From a virus (taxonomy: Duplodnaviria; Caudoviricetes), in the IMG/VR virus record IMGVR_UViG_3300030433_001574, positions 1 through 64,000 of that record: a DNA stretch of 64,000 bases; one strand, given 5' to 3'. Made by a program: the position numbers and the translations under genes. This document shows positions 57,901 through 64,000 of the stretch, one piece after another. The notes under the pieces are model-generated. The model was not told the origin of the DNA and did not search any database. It saw nothing but the letters and a program-made list of their open reading frames with translations. Every line of letters begins with the position of its first letter. Position 1 is the first letter of the stretch.

Positions 57901-60860
57901 TCGACCCTTACTTTAGTAGCAAGACAAGAGAACCCTCTTCGACTACTGTATGGTAAATGAGCCAGTGTGCTTCTGTCAAACGATGGCTTTGTGTCGTATG
58001 CTCCTTGACCTACACCACCCAACGTAACACTCACGACAGGTGCGTTAGGGTCTATCTCTTTGACGACATGAGAGTCAGGGCTGCCTGAGCCTAACTCGTT
58101 GATGCTTCGTGTAGCAGCGACATCAGAAAGACCAACGCAGTGAACAAGCGTAGAACGCCCGTTTTCATCTTCTACTTGTTCAATCCCTCGCAACTTTGAG
58201 CGACCCATTAAGAACATGACAGTGGCTATGTTGCTGGAGTTAGGTCTGTCTTTTGTGGAATAGACGTATTGCAACTGATTTGTGCGTGTTCTGTCTGAGG
58301 GCTGGACAAAGAAACGATGTGTGATACCTACACTACCCTTAACTTCTACATTGTCGATAATGTCGAATATCTCGTGAATAGGAGAGGCTGAAGAGGTCAC
58401 ACCTATGTCAAACTGACCAGCGCTTGGACTGCTGTGAACTGTATGCGGTGTCATACGGTTGAACTCAGAAGACACAGTAAGAGAGCCGCTATCCGCTACT
58501 CTTTCAATCAGTATGCGATGGAATACAGAATCATGCTGGGCTTTGGTCGTATGCGATGCTGTCAGATTCTGAGGTGTTGTGTTACCGACAGTTCCCGCTG
58601 CTGTAAAATTAGCAGGTGTGCGTCGTTCATCCAACTCAACATCGGCCTCAAAACCCTCGCTGATGTCACCTACCAATGAGTGACTGAAATTGACTGAGCC
58701 TAAGTTTCCTTCTTTTGATTTACCAACGTCAATATAGCCACCAGCGGCGTAAAGCGTAGCGTTACCAGCAGCGACATCGGTTGCTATGTCATCATAGACA
58801 TACACACCGCTGGCAACTTCGTAGTTTGATGCTGGGACTGTTTTTTCAACCATGAGCATCGGTGCTGTCTTACTCATCGAAGCCCCTGTAAAATCAATAG
58901 CATTGTAGTGAACCTCAACATACGGCGCAAGCCCACGACTGGCGAGGGTAGGAACTTCCAGTAGGGCTACACGGCTGTCTCTCGATGGGTGTAAGTGAAA
59001 TTTACGAACATTATCGTCAATGTTGTTTATGTCTTGAGGCACTGGCCCTTTCAAAGCAAACGGTAGTGGGTCAAAGTCATTGTCGGTAGCACTCGCACCC
59101 CCCAACGCTATGAGCGTCCTATTTGCTCCGCTTAGTCCGTTGGAGACAATCTCATGAACAGTGCTGTTATTGACAACTCTTAGGATTTCAAACGCTGCTG
59201 TGTCTTTGTAGTAATCAACTTGAGAGTTGATAGGAAACATCGAATCAATACCTTTTGAAGCAGCATCGTATGTCAGTGTAAGAATGTCAGAATTACCAGC
59301 CTGTTGGTCAAGCGTTTCTTCATTGGCACGAGGCATGAGCCTGAGATACGGATGACCTTCAACGTGATTGAGTGTATGACGACCTGAGTGTCCTATCTGA
59401 AAACTCTCATCCAAATCGGTAGGCCAAGCCACTGCAAACGGGTTGTCTGTATCGACAGCAGTTGTAGACATACGGCTGGAATATACCATAGCGTGTTGCT
59501 CGTATAGCCCTTCATCAATCAACATCTGACCTGCTCTGTCAATCAATTGTGTAGAAAGATGAGGTGGTTGATACGGGCGACCTGTGCCGTTTTCGATGAG
59601 GCAATCGGCTGAGATAACAACAAATGAGTTTGCTCCATTAGCCGATGTGTGTGTTGAATGAAGAATGGGTCGCAGTCCATCGGTGTTGGTTGTTGTCTTG
59701 AAATCCAAGTGAATACTTGATACTAACAATCGACCTGATGAAATGTTGATGCGGTGCAAACGCACACGCTCAGGTGGTTTACCGTTTGGCTTCTTTGAGT
59801 CTTGGTTGATTGAGCCGGGATTGATGAGAAGATTGTAAGGAACGTGAGGCACGAGATGGTTGGTAGTCGTGCCGGGTGTGCTGTATCTGTCGATAACAGA
59901 GTAATTACCAGTTGAGTATGGGGAGACTGTAAAATCAACATAGGTGTCTGTAATTGTTTTACCAGTCAAAGCGTTAGCCAAAGATTGAGCATCAGCGGAA
60001 GAGATTGGTATTGAAGAAAGATGAGTTTCTGCTGAGGCTAATCCATCGTCATTGTAAGATGTTTCAATCACATCAGTTATGGTGTAAACACCACTTAGAG
60101 GTGAGATAGGCTCTTCAAATCTATACAACGATACAGTCTTATCACCAACCATTGATGGGTTACGAGTTATCATCTCGTTGTTAAACGATGAGGAGACGTG
60201 AATGCCTTCAATCACACCTCTAAACTCACCACCCTTACCACCAATGTAAACGTGTGAGTTCTTTGGTCTTAAGGCAGCATCGAGAGGAATTATTTGTTGG
60301 GCTACCAAATCCCCATTGACGTAAACTTCAGCCTTACCTCTATTGATACAAGCAACAAGATGGTAGAGTGGTCTTTGATTTTGACTTAGTGATGTTGCTT
60401 TATCCTTAGCACTATCAAAGCGGTTGTAAGAATCATCAAGCCCACCAAATGTAGTCACTGGGTAGACTTGTCCATCATACCCATTTGTCTCAGGCTGAGC
60501 GCTGCGAAGAAAAACCTTCATCGCACCTGTAGAGGCAGAGGTGAGATTGGCTTCAAACTCAACTGGGCCGGGTGTATCAACCGTTCCCATGCTAAGACGA
60601 AACTGACCTTCTTTCATGAGAATCACGCCACCACAATCAGGAACGACCCATGCTTCAATAGCCAAGCCATCACCTAACAAATCAGCAACCATACCTCTTC
60701 CCGTTGCGTGAGATACAATCGACGCTGAACTTCTACGGGTAATATCAGTTTCTTTGTCGTAGTCTTCTCCTACCCTACTGAAGTTGCCCTGTGGAATAAT
60801 GACGCTATCGCTCACGCCATCAAAGAACAAAGCGTGATTAGACTGAAGCATGATTGGCAC
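42930..60860 (-). CDS. Giant 5,976-aa virion/tail protein with N-terminal LamG-like domain
   Basis: Uninterrupted 17.9-kb ORF; ALFFDGVSDSV..AIEAWV..YHLV..VYVNG..YIGG..FRGVI. Confidence 0.85.
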   Translation of the reverse strand: MPIMLQSNHALFFDGVSDSVIIPQGNFSRVGEDYDKETDITRRSSASIVSHATGRGMVADLLGDGLAIEAWVVPDCGGVILMKEGQFRLSMGTVDTPGPVEFEANLTSASTGAMKVFLRSAQPETNGYDGQVYPVTTFGGLDDSYNRFDSAKDKATSLSQNQRPLYHLVACINRGKAEVYVNGDLVAQQIIPLDAALRPKNSHVYIGGKGGEFRGVIEGIHVSSSFNNEMITRNPSMVGDKTVSLYRFEEPISPLSGVYTITDVIETSYNDDGLASAETHLSSIPISSADAQSLANALTGKTITDTYVDFTVSPYSTGNYSVIDRYSTPGTTTNHLVPHVPYNLLINPGSINQDSKKPNGKPPERVRLHRINISSGRLLVSSIHLDFKTTTNTDGLRPILHSTHTSANGANSFVVISADCLIENGTGRPYQPPHLSTQLIDRAGQMLIDEGLYEQHAMVYSSRMSTTAVDTDNPFAVAWPTDLDESFQIGHSGRHTLNHVEGHPYLRLMPRANEETLDQQAGNSDILTLTYDAASKGIDSMFPINSQVDYYKDTAAFEILRVVNNSTVHEIVSNGLSGANRTLIALGGASATDNDFDPLPFALKGPVPQDINNIDDNVRKFHLHPSRDSRVALLEVPTLASRGLAPYVEVHYNAIDFTGASMSKTAPMLMVEKTVPASNYEVASGVYVYDDIATDVAAGNATLYAAGGYIDVGKSKEGNLGSVNFSHSLVGDISEGFEADVELDERRTPANFTAAGTVGNTTPQNLTASHTTKAQHDSVFHRILIERVADSGSLTVSSEFNRMTPHTVHSSPSAGQFDIGVTSSASPIHEIFDIIDNVEVKGSVGITHRFFVQPSDRTRTNQLQYVYSTKDRPNSSNIATVMFLMGRSKLRGIEQVEDENGRSTLVHCVGLSDVAATRSINELGSGSPDSHVVKEIDPNAPVVSVTLGGVGQGAYDTKPSFDRSTLAHLPYSSRRGFSCLATKVRVDLSTSNGTQFIEVSPLNNDSPDLASWGTYPFPKVGRIYLKNGANAEYQSKTGACFLFTDSNVSTRRFLLPNGNAVATFQDWVVGSGLRKDADVLTGTQSQDFPLGEIIMGDGHFFIENLQSDGTTVNDRMFQSMDNISHDYQLGTQFASTRALVEIPLFRGQFFADRENNSYPSPDNSLKLHIDPTMTAHTWNPSPVGRRYQDLPPSDRSAYGAYAKSILANERNNQSNITNFETNSTNYRIYVSNPAMFPAGDVTTTNTNHYNVDNVLLFRRVFLPSGEWAIYSNDPITDGYIEITKEESYVSKGFVSQLTIGTPLLMGNAYDSEVLVPLKGDALNAAADFENRSEYYYDAASVKTQGGNIDYGLRQYVSAVEFKAGPLSNPHAARVQSGRATGTVLSVEPIMNGSVYTGFAHLIMSQEDVDKFPSVERQPNSINADYEWEMGQAHYSLEIDSNIFVYFGEGNKNKSTLVSGGLTPTDSLDTLSSIIVMTKENNTVPSYLKNDTLKGETATLTKYGYDVFFSSDKYNTKLDNTVNKSHTGRAAFYSSPWEIAGISGSDKELTLESQTKSQLLQANTLYLNVKPNDWIYAEHEISGSPTTVTLLGQVEYIVEGAIRGNPVTIPAVNTKIYLKTAVPAANKTSLNNMITQAAASPSTEKVYLRTGCHSMMKNDEEACLNRTWLFPYAQGGLRRGDTVWMNMTYNNPHAVQGMFAKSRGVLNEALVWKGFNGGQGLMATEPRDSIPLENFLIGDSCIETARNFVQHVNKTIELNYDELGMSNPPTVAYLDPYLATEGHARVLLYDVAHDREFIAFQDIHMQVQTSPKAAELGFERLSSSINVADGTDEIDLSNYAIKYNGGAQNPFITQIDVANGYSSQNKYIRAYQQSNFMESAYAHNIGNNISDAMLSPVSGVVTRLESLGTNLLHRQNGTGYSTANNLSTTDINAGGTGLTVDITASAGQITNIVVRNGGSGYSNSRSGQERRVRITGGNNDAVFKVFTTTSGIVNALTSMTQAALYGKAHGHFIHTGYHTGGPLAKKRTLGDSITSRTNNAVAIPYHANKEHNKTRKLFSSNDVLIKALMQHRISKGKTLTLKAGGSGYNNGTFYNVKTTTDGQGSGMTVDVTIASNAVVTATVNRHGDSLYEEGDTIFIGDRSLYILPTGTANVSGNEDGSFTLFMNRRNEETSTLFDTPDGTRVIPAFLALKGIRSEALDLSNMTTETRLQHLPQWTQMDFTRRMTIDLGEVAVRDGITSVEAAATEVVRMINQAAAKKGRTHSNNTNKQYPVKVVGEADFATTGSTHDPVVWWDEDKAFESHDKGTHMGYIRAHLGRVVRDVDGNEEGFSIIIHSTVPGATGRNFAVWLDNSKGQVPYKPEFMIGHGGRFRTFWCMPDELSGENMHPAPMPLNKHGRPFAPITSLRQYTQPDESMQAVVPKGEFSNNHDETTTPRLRAVSAHSGSGQNHNTLNTESLEIEGFNTSFTEGLRVGTNAVARINFGGLVSAGVPGFAPDAGKWGFGRKGDERFANDYGKLTKVVDTEPATTYTGHVPTAQVFPDSIGDSPIYGLRLQDHRGVEHGIRYIYKNMGEKFALDNTLLPKTLENEIVVYFNHKDCSQGGFTIGKHMHGISDPTGRFPATPSNAGLANWRGNLWRGAPAPNASYNTDVVYNTTDKTITVTLYAPYDDCPHHDVLGYMGFPAENGVIHLSDPYNDASLTGNWGNMFAYTHRTRNDKTGTHVFHGVTGDTYISRHKIHTHSNTAPTLTLGDFVVGEETDGISALITPVANWTTLVTDELMAAVTAAAINLTDPNEETTFDCTNMYAADGRTFGEWGITDESIKIKAYNTKGNIEPISDFFTASLSQDVGIRASHIEYGEVESLKINNDGVTVTGDATRPVGDGLIAKGRSLNCGYIPSTIIQITTKGRGHNANTATPNIVDSQNNPINTSTWRKNLIGENFIESSGDLILPNLDNPTLKMTNVHSASMMALHGDNEMWHFAKPAGYEASVNHVEQGQTQDYARVDSFGTKTPISYGTHTAVTESQNVNSGGYVSEKTFSQLLDSNLRSGDWPSSNPSGTLVVQKYADLRAYLFAGKRSLGSVHSLPIIHFTGARDGPDNYVPLFFGGGFSGAVVDINDGTQNDYSEHNTHPYANGPTGSAGIQNANEILSSFSTLDCNAIMAFFPATALLKQHRGSINPPVYNKDNILSPDIKRGAQSVSNIHPNAAPYTAGVHMQVPSPMVLRFAHPTARYNDHRDSVDNKTTYIIFGPGQAFPLCQEKASPDNAFEPHPGEAVSTGNAWSKVPNMSSGAGGRAFLPNHIQNSTGEYMPERAATQLAKHRFHYRQVLNWESPLGIPDTVFLRERPENGRNYGNSFTANAFDHYSTASNFTDDVAKAYAVAQPSRHAMFYAGGMVKNADLCWHMDNGNHPGGSWMDNQITMNPPLQGAATRISLNTNVSRINKTAFRVAGVLATKMLHSNDNSGSPGFSTDTLTASDVDHEYIVVDATRCQNGEELACVLGAAINTFPGKGALKAIGGTFMPSMGNATRQDRYGWIESISKAIPSGVYGNGTVGGVTANSDVTDYGYSNNTVSVAPMVRSGTATSTFTANVTSGVAAIAVTGTFPALIQAGQSVSGTGIQANSVVASFNSTANTVTINPAPNATNTGVTITFTRNTLGNTATGGASLKNGDCFIDVEITGAATGNEESVANRVPASGWLRTEANHDYGASVSSSVKSSAWASYHSRAFYRDGSAVDSPLRCRFFLSHNKVTGLKAFEDGEAWRIYANTSVAFNSGGGSNVSGVTLPHPAPSVGTKIWIWSKSATIGVDNSAGSRFSNYGIGAPHFSGIADAIDRTKPVGAVGWHGERYSYLNTLSVDGGFSAGLGAWHSMLGFSPYGGSSSCANMLGHLPHTTPLPNSPESMPPTDIPGGSLSNFPSDGDTEADSVSYSTDDTVGFGTYIMGWTDGAQFNNPPVMRDMPEIQKELIHAQGTYSRALLVVAHEGELSLVARKDRDNHTSTGDYLLAGGTTQWDERFHHSDRFVAPANAGPNVEALIADNTAPPTISDYTTSTVLDGAPFNAQVYLHPSLSADSSLSNAEPCRAETGDLFFDIDKNVGIVNHELNIGERNLATDFITSTNTPSNNMVSTSHDVQSGIFWAGDVNAYDVLKRSPHKNFSTEHIVWKRMDGGTVTMPASNARGLGAVPWITRVVGGNAHTMGEKLYGNIRFSFETTNSAMMPVLQAQEIAHPTLAKEHPIALGGVLEIPNEEIQFEDITVVDDTGQVHTLEGGSPLGIVIRAYKPASTRLASGLQPVPANSGIPPNFEIQLPDPESIPGNILVRSGFDPIQAYQTETFGDGGMIHPDLGASHIGHLFDNVVKSPRKGPTMNEVGWEHISQDENFPESTRDGWVAATGNNTLRSSYEQQDRALYFHITKMGHSHTEKFPTTYTHTAGVVNQALTVDSYTSTSITASAAINENIFSTGFGTQEVADNRRFIRISNAAGESVIASYKSISSDVFNDLVGDIDFTQFMADNFAVGALTITPSYYVPAGSARIFAARRLRDHAEVSGNSPDMAHTLYFDGDAQTTIHSRYSKPQLTPMPIPRMGHHFVNATMPMMPGHWAHPAYQGLYEKANSDKLASLPDEDYTTLADNLVEVDGTTNNQTSIPTAVTDRIFPLNPALRVGSLTANPSGPSDIHGGAFTLMFETKIKYDGYGILASKGTAGDMNKAGGHSIVLEAGGNYTQANHFPDPAEVGAYQIVIQPNLRSQQVTGFHRNNADATGLPTAGTELSGLTSQQVNLVIGIKYDEERHSSLTNSANIGGVTLILAEATLADVRGCEIFLNEVILDHDPDHGSQLANIPPMLLYNPLGVQGSESPSFTRRGHPYHPTTPEIEFKDATPGFTTNIPWWSIMHQGTPSDASAVGFRHLALYRIDNYYQFCRASYGAVAAQLTLAGYPSIYPDIYSKIMENVSLAPTCKVVGAHSSATAIQVDDASLFPEKPYYGQKLQYIDPSTGKTVSFSYTTRQGLSHSSATMNEPDVFHLPTGITIADGTKLTLSKPYSTKSVNDIFNNDSESVLTKNLGQLLTGTRDTNSLFLTDAYLCAWSPNLGRPHTFYSDASRTWITNGVNHTSDRAVNNAAYNSMPQHFETIHYQDVNYAASHGPLTLRMKTPVPPKPLTGTVSSVATTTVSVITMTDTVTGVSNGDVLFAKGRVLGRVNGTSGADITLYTKIFESNLVSGDKVYLDGDGEVLSGSGINAISGLSSQSGTFMLSNYWPCGSRGGPLVSRLDGYAAAAAAWHLPQSYAHNGGIHWEDDDDDGSYAVANGVSTGSLSALRTYPFGYRFGLRQAWNRPQWGHYGMRAFQEQATHSGASNLAVGYKAGPLIEYESISSNGWLYAGGDSTQSNTDLPTTYVGILERSTTAAGMLNADKYEWQVRYSDGRRMTRGFGCALRTLRNSSTVIRDWWGDSAGMGLLYYKDAVSYYLIDWWGNTRGEDVRRFPVRSFGINPSWDAGDAYEYDRTNNRTPFERVWNNGKPIFNLKGIVDFSNGNVLSSPTATIPRFGGRKNTGNNNTDTTLVDVFAPTNALRVGDMGNGRGVRFPTQFNEDRLVELSAVYQNSGVVLSSNTAEPTFGQGLIRPRNDALQPSEIVRGISARLEVDEDGLLKPEATVSDKVESISGTSVHKDAVSRSSPRIGIDGDTIESLTGSNANMVAINSEAHSLHTNRGVGQRVVLHGGMQSGSQTLGDYDLTSLSFAAQPHGGVMRFSHTSNFKPMGGTYILEARSFASPFDDTGWGRSGMSGTKTSNPYQTTSSVASQTNMTDDAVQFMLRPIRLLDNQHIAVFRPALALHSGSKQNGSTAFTATAGGKYGLFTYSTPNGRASSGSYMRATNPDTSAPYQPVYLVESSSDTVPVSKGPKLPGTEVTGFDKTTLKSTVTRLIISENTLQHFKSDAPRRTGESKDYTVKPRFSQSLHSKGHKEDVSFNTSDHSGDA

Positions 60861-60869
60861 GTTGTCACC

Positions 60870-62096
60870 TCAGATAATCATGTCAATCGGAGCAAAGACC
60901 ATTTGATATGTGTAGTGCTGTTCTCCAGCGTTGTAACCCACATCGAATTTTTGTATTGTGCCTTGAATACCAGTTGTTTCATCAATAGTGCTAAATTCTT
61001 GATTAGCGCTGAAATCGTTGTTGTCAGAAATTTTATCGTTTGTGCTTTGAAAAAGACCAGTGCGAATCAAAAAGTTACGCACACTGTATTTTTTACCACC
61101 TTCAGCAGTAATCATTGAGTTGTAAGGTATCTGTAGACCGATGGGGTAGTCTCCGTTGAAAATTGTTTGAAGCCCACCTGTGGCCGCCACAGCGCCAGCA
61201 GCGGCGAGTGCTACCCCTCCTGATGCTATAGCCACTGTTGCACCAACGATTAAAGCGGCAGTGCCTCTATCTGTATTGTGTAAGATACCATACAAGTCTT
61301 GCACTTTATCTCCAGCCGATTTGTTATTGATGTCCGTAGCACTTGTGCCTCCGCTAAACGGCCTATGATATGGAGCATAGTCTCCTGAAGTGCGGAACAA
61401 TACTGAATCATTGGAGGTCATCTTTCCTGTTGTGCCTTGCGTGAGCGTAAGTTTTGAACTACCAGCAGCGGGTGCAAATTCAGATGTCGATACAGAGCCA
61501 GTGATTGTTGAATTAAGATGGCTACCGCCCAATGCTGTAATGACTGACTGGGCTATGACTGCTGGAGGAGTGAGTGTGGTGTGCGTGTAAATTTTTGTTC
61601 CTGAAGGAGAGCCGCTTGATGAGACATTCGATACACCGGGATTAGAAAAATCACCACTACCCGCTATGAACAAAATCTCCAATTCTGTTCCATCTTTTTG
61701 CGTCAAGGTTAATTCACGAAGATTATCGTAAAAAACTCGGTCTGCTACTTGAGTAAACTGCCCCACCGTATCAACTTGAGACTGGTCTACAGCAAAATCA
61801 ATGACAGATACAGCGGCTGTGGCGGCTGATGAGCGTCGGTTTACATCGTCATCGGTAAAAATACCTTCAATAACAATAGTAGAATTGACCATATTCAGGT
61901 CAATACCCATACGTTTTCCCCCGAAAAGAGGAATAGGCATACCACCCACTTTTCGCTCTACACTGAGAGCAATAGAAAGAGCCTGAAGTTCCATAGGAGG
62001 AAAAGGTGCTACATCAGCACCCAATTCACCAAGCAAATCCATACCTAACCCACCGTCAAAGTGGAGGCGAATTGGTGTGCCGTAGCCGTCGCTCAT
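60870..62096 (-). CDS. Tail protein (distal-tail position)
   Basis: Directly after the tape measure gene. Confidence 0.55.
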   Translation of the reverse strand: MSDGYGTPIRLHFDGGLGMDLLGELGADVAPFPPMELQALSIALSVERKVGGMPIPLFGGKRMGIDLNMVNSTIVIEGIFTDDDVNRRSSAATAAVSVIDFAVDQSQVDTVGQFTQVADRVFYDNLRELTLTQKDGTELEILFIAGSGDFSNPGVSNVSSSGSPSGTKIYTHTTLTPPAVIAQSVITALGGSHLNSTITGSVSTSEFAPAAGSSKLTLTQGTTGKMTSNDSVLFRTSGDYAPYHRPFSGGTSATDINNKSAGDKVQDLYGILHNTDRGTAALIVGATVAIASGGVALAAAGAVAATGGLQTIFNGDYPIGLQIPYNSMITAEGGKKYSVRNFLIRTGLFQSTNDKISDNNDFSANQEFSTIDETTGIQGTIQKFDVGYNAGEQHYTYQMVFAPIDMII

Positions 62097-63406
62097 CTAC
62101 CTGACCTCATTGTAGAGCCACCGCTGGCACGAGCAATCTCTTGTTGAATGGCGTTGCTTATTTGTCTTGCAAACTCACGCTTGTCTGTTCTGTCTGTCAT
62201 GCCTGACGCATTGATGCTAATGTTGAAGGTATTACCTCCACCACCGCCACCGCCGTTAATTTCAACAGGAATAGAACGACCACCTGATAGTGGAACAATT
62301 GCCTCTGTGCCGTGAAGAGTTACAGGATAACCGCTTTCAGGCCCACTGGCTACACCACCCTCAGAGAAGCCAAGAAACCCTCCTATTGCCCCGATACCGT
62401 CGCCAATGAAACCACCAATTGCATCTAAACCATCTAAAAGGGGTTCAAGTAAACCAGCCACATAGTCAATAGCATCACCAATCCAACCAAAAACAGGAGA
62501 TATGACGTTATCCCAAGCCCAAGTAAATCCAGCGACAATGCCATCCCAAGCAAGTTTGAAAGGTGTTAAGAGAATGTTAGCGTATGTTTTGATTCCTTCA
62601 AAGATTGGCTTTAAGAATCTCTCGTAGGCATTTTTCATTCCTAACATGACCAAATCCCAGTTGTTGAGAATAAATTTGATACTGTCGATAAGTGGGCCGA
62701 AGAGAGCCATTACAGGATTGACAATGTAAGAAGTCCATACGTTCTTGGCAGCATCAAATACCTTAAACCAAGCACTGCCAATAGCGCTTAGACCAGCAAG
62801 AAGAGCGTCAATGAGAGGATTGACAACTTTACCTATCGTGCCATTCCATACTTTCTTCATGCCCTCCATGACTCCATCCCAGTCACCTTTGGCAATCGCC
62901 ATACCAACTTTGAATAAATCAATAAACGGTTGAATGATTGGCATGATGACTGAATCCCATATACCACCCATCGCATCCATAACGCCTTCCCAGTCTCCTC
63001 GTATCAGCGCCATACCAGCGTTAAACAAGCCAGTGAAAATGTCGATAAGTGGTTGAACTGTTACGTCCCAAGCAACCTTCAGTAAATCAACTAACAGTTC
63101 CCACGCTATGACTAAACCATCAAATGCTAAACCAAAACTTTCTGTTACCAGTGTCGATATGAGTGTGATGATAGGTTCAGCAACAGCATAAAACGCATCC
63201 CAAATGGGCATGATGTTTTCGTCCCAAAAATCCTTTACACTCTGAAACTTTTCTTTGACAAACGATACAAGCCCACCAAATAGCCCACTGACTACTGAAA
63301 TTGCTCCACCAAAAATGCCACCAAGAGCACCAAAGATACCTGATACAGAAGCAGCACCAGTTGCCAGCCCACCAAGAGCAACGGTTAAGCCAGCCAGTGC
63401 TACCAT
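62093..63406 (-). CDS. Tape measure protein (short, 437 aa)
   Basis: Amphipathic W/F-periodic repeats (GDWEGVM/GDWDGVM); C-terminal FSEGG..HGTEAIVPL. Confidence 0.8.
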   Translation of the reverse strand: MVALAGLTVALGGLATGAASVSGIFGALGGIFGGAISVVSGLFGGLVSFVKEKFQSVKDFWDENIMPIWDAFYAVAEPIITLISTLVTESFGLAFDGLVIAWELLVDLLKVAWDVTVQPLIDIFTGLFNAGMALIRGDWEGVMDAMGGIWDSVIMPIIQPFIDLFKVGMAIAKGDWDGVMEGMKKVWNGTIGKVVNPLIDALLAGLSAIGSAWFKVFDAAKNVWTSYIVNPVMALFGPLIDSIKFILNNWDLVMLGMKNAYERFLKPIFEGIKTYANILLTPFKLAWDGIVAGFTWAWDNVISPVFGWIGDAIDYVAGLLEPLLDGLDAIGGFIGDGIGAIGGFLGFSEGGVASGPESGYPVTLHGTEAIVPLSGGRSIPVEINGGGGGGGNTFNISINASGMTDRTDKREFARQISNAIQQEIARASGGSTMRSGR

Positions 63407-63684
63407 CAGAAGTCCTCCCTATTGAGGAAGTCGTAGTCAAGAGATACTGTTTCTCGACCACCACTCTTTGCGGATTGATTGTTTCGCTTGTTGGCTTTTT
63501 CTTCTTCTCTACGAGCAACCATCGCCCATGTAAAGGACTGATAGAATTGCTGTGGAGTCATCTCTTGCACCTCTTTAATCGAAACTGAATAATGTTTTGC
63601 TACAATATAGGCTTGCATTTCAAGTGAGAGTTCTAAATCGGCAGGGTTTGCTATCGTGTTGCGACGAAGAAAATCTTCAATCAC
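63406..63684 (-). CDS. Tail assembly chaperone, T-part
   Basis: VAKHYSVSIKEVQEMTP; upstream of TMP; -1 frame relative to the upstream ORF. Confidence 0.6.
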   Translation of the reverse strand: MIEDFLRRNTIANPADLELSLEMQAYIVAKHYSVSIKEVQEMTPQQFYQSFTWAMVARREEEKANKRNNQSAKSGGRETVSLDYDFLNREDF

Positions 63685-64000
63685 ACGTTCCCGCCTTTCG
63701 TAAACCCCCCTGACATCATCTCACCAAGTTCGTTAGGACTCGGTAGAAGTGCCGAGATTTGTTCACCAATGTGGCCTTTGAGTTTCATCAAGTCATCACT
63801 TGACATAACTGGATTGGTTCGCACGACCCAGTTTGTAAAAGCATACTTGTAATACCCTTCAAGATTGAGAGACATCTGACCGTCTTTACCAATGTTGAAC
63901 ATCTCTTGTGCGGCTTTCTGAATATCAAAGAAAGAGACATCACGCACCCAAACCTCCATGATGACGTTGGGGTCATCGGGGTCTACGCTAATCTCGTGCT
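63681..64000 (-). CDS. Tail assembly chaperone, G-part (5' end beyond window)
   Basis: Frame open to window edge (..HEISVDPDDPNVIMEVW); typical position. Confidence 0.6.
   Translation of the reverse strand, partial: HEISVDPDDPNVIMEVWVRDVSFFDIQKAAQEMFNIGKDGQMSLNLEGYYKYAFTNWVVRTNPVMSSDDLMKLKGHIGEQISALLPSPNELGEMMSGGFTKGGNV

Noticed and set aside
42930-60860. Diversity-generating retroelement target or intein-containing polyprotein
   Set aside because: No reverse transcriptase, no TR/VR pair and no intein splice motifs recognised
39282-63588. + strand ORFs within the structural arm
   Set aside because: Antisense shadows of the tail genes

Overview
A 64-kb segment of a tailed dsDNA archaeal virus, most consistent with a magrovirus-like virus of marine Euryarchaeota (Poseidoniales/MGII). 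That assignment is an inference from gene content: archaeal-type PolB, fused AEP primase, RFC, PCNA-like clamp, MCM-like ATPase, XPF/ERCC4 nuclease, TFB-like protein, group II chaperonin, TATA promoters and GGTGA ribosome-binding sites. The + strand (about 0.4-38.8 kb) holds early accessory genes followed by a replication/repair module, with 12 copies of a 19-bp TATA-containing motif. The - strand (38.8-64 kb) is a tail module: chaperone pair, short tape measure, a 5,976-aa giant protein and a tail fibre. The most unusual element is a two-gene unit (7120-10793). It encodes a PPDK/PEP-synthase-type dikinase (ATP-grasp plus phospho-His swivel) fused to an unknown domain, and a CX5R phosphatase with Zn knuckles and a C-terminal PIP-like box, i.e. 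a candidate viral phospho-writer/eraser system. Other highlights: a tandem-PIP microprotein after polB, a TFS-like Zn-ribbon microprotein, two inverted homologous origin-like elements, a structured intergenic RNA, degenerate ligase- and LAGLIDADG-like proteins, and repeat-flanked microgene cassettes. All family calls come from motif recognition by eye; no searches were run.
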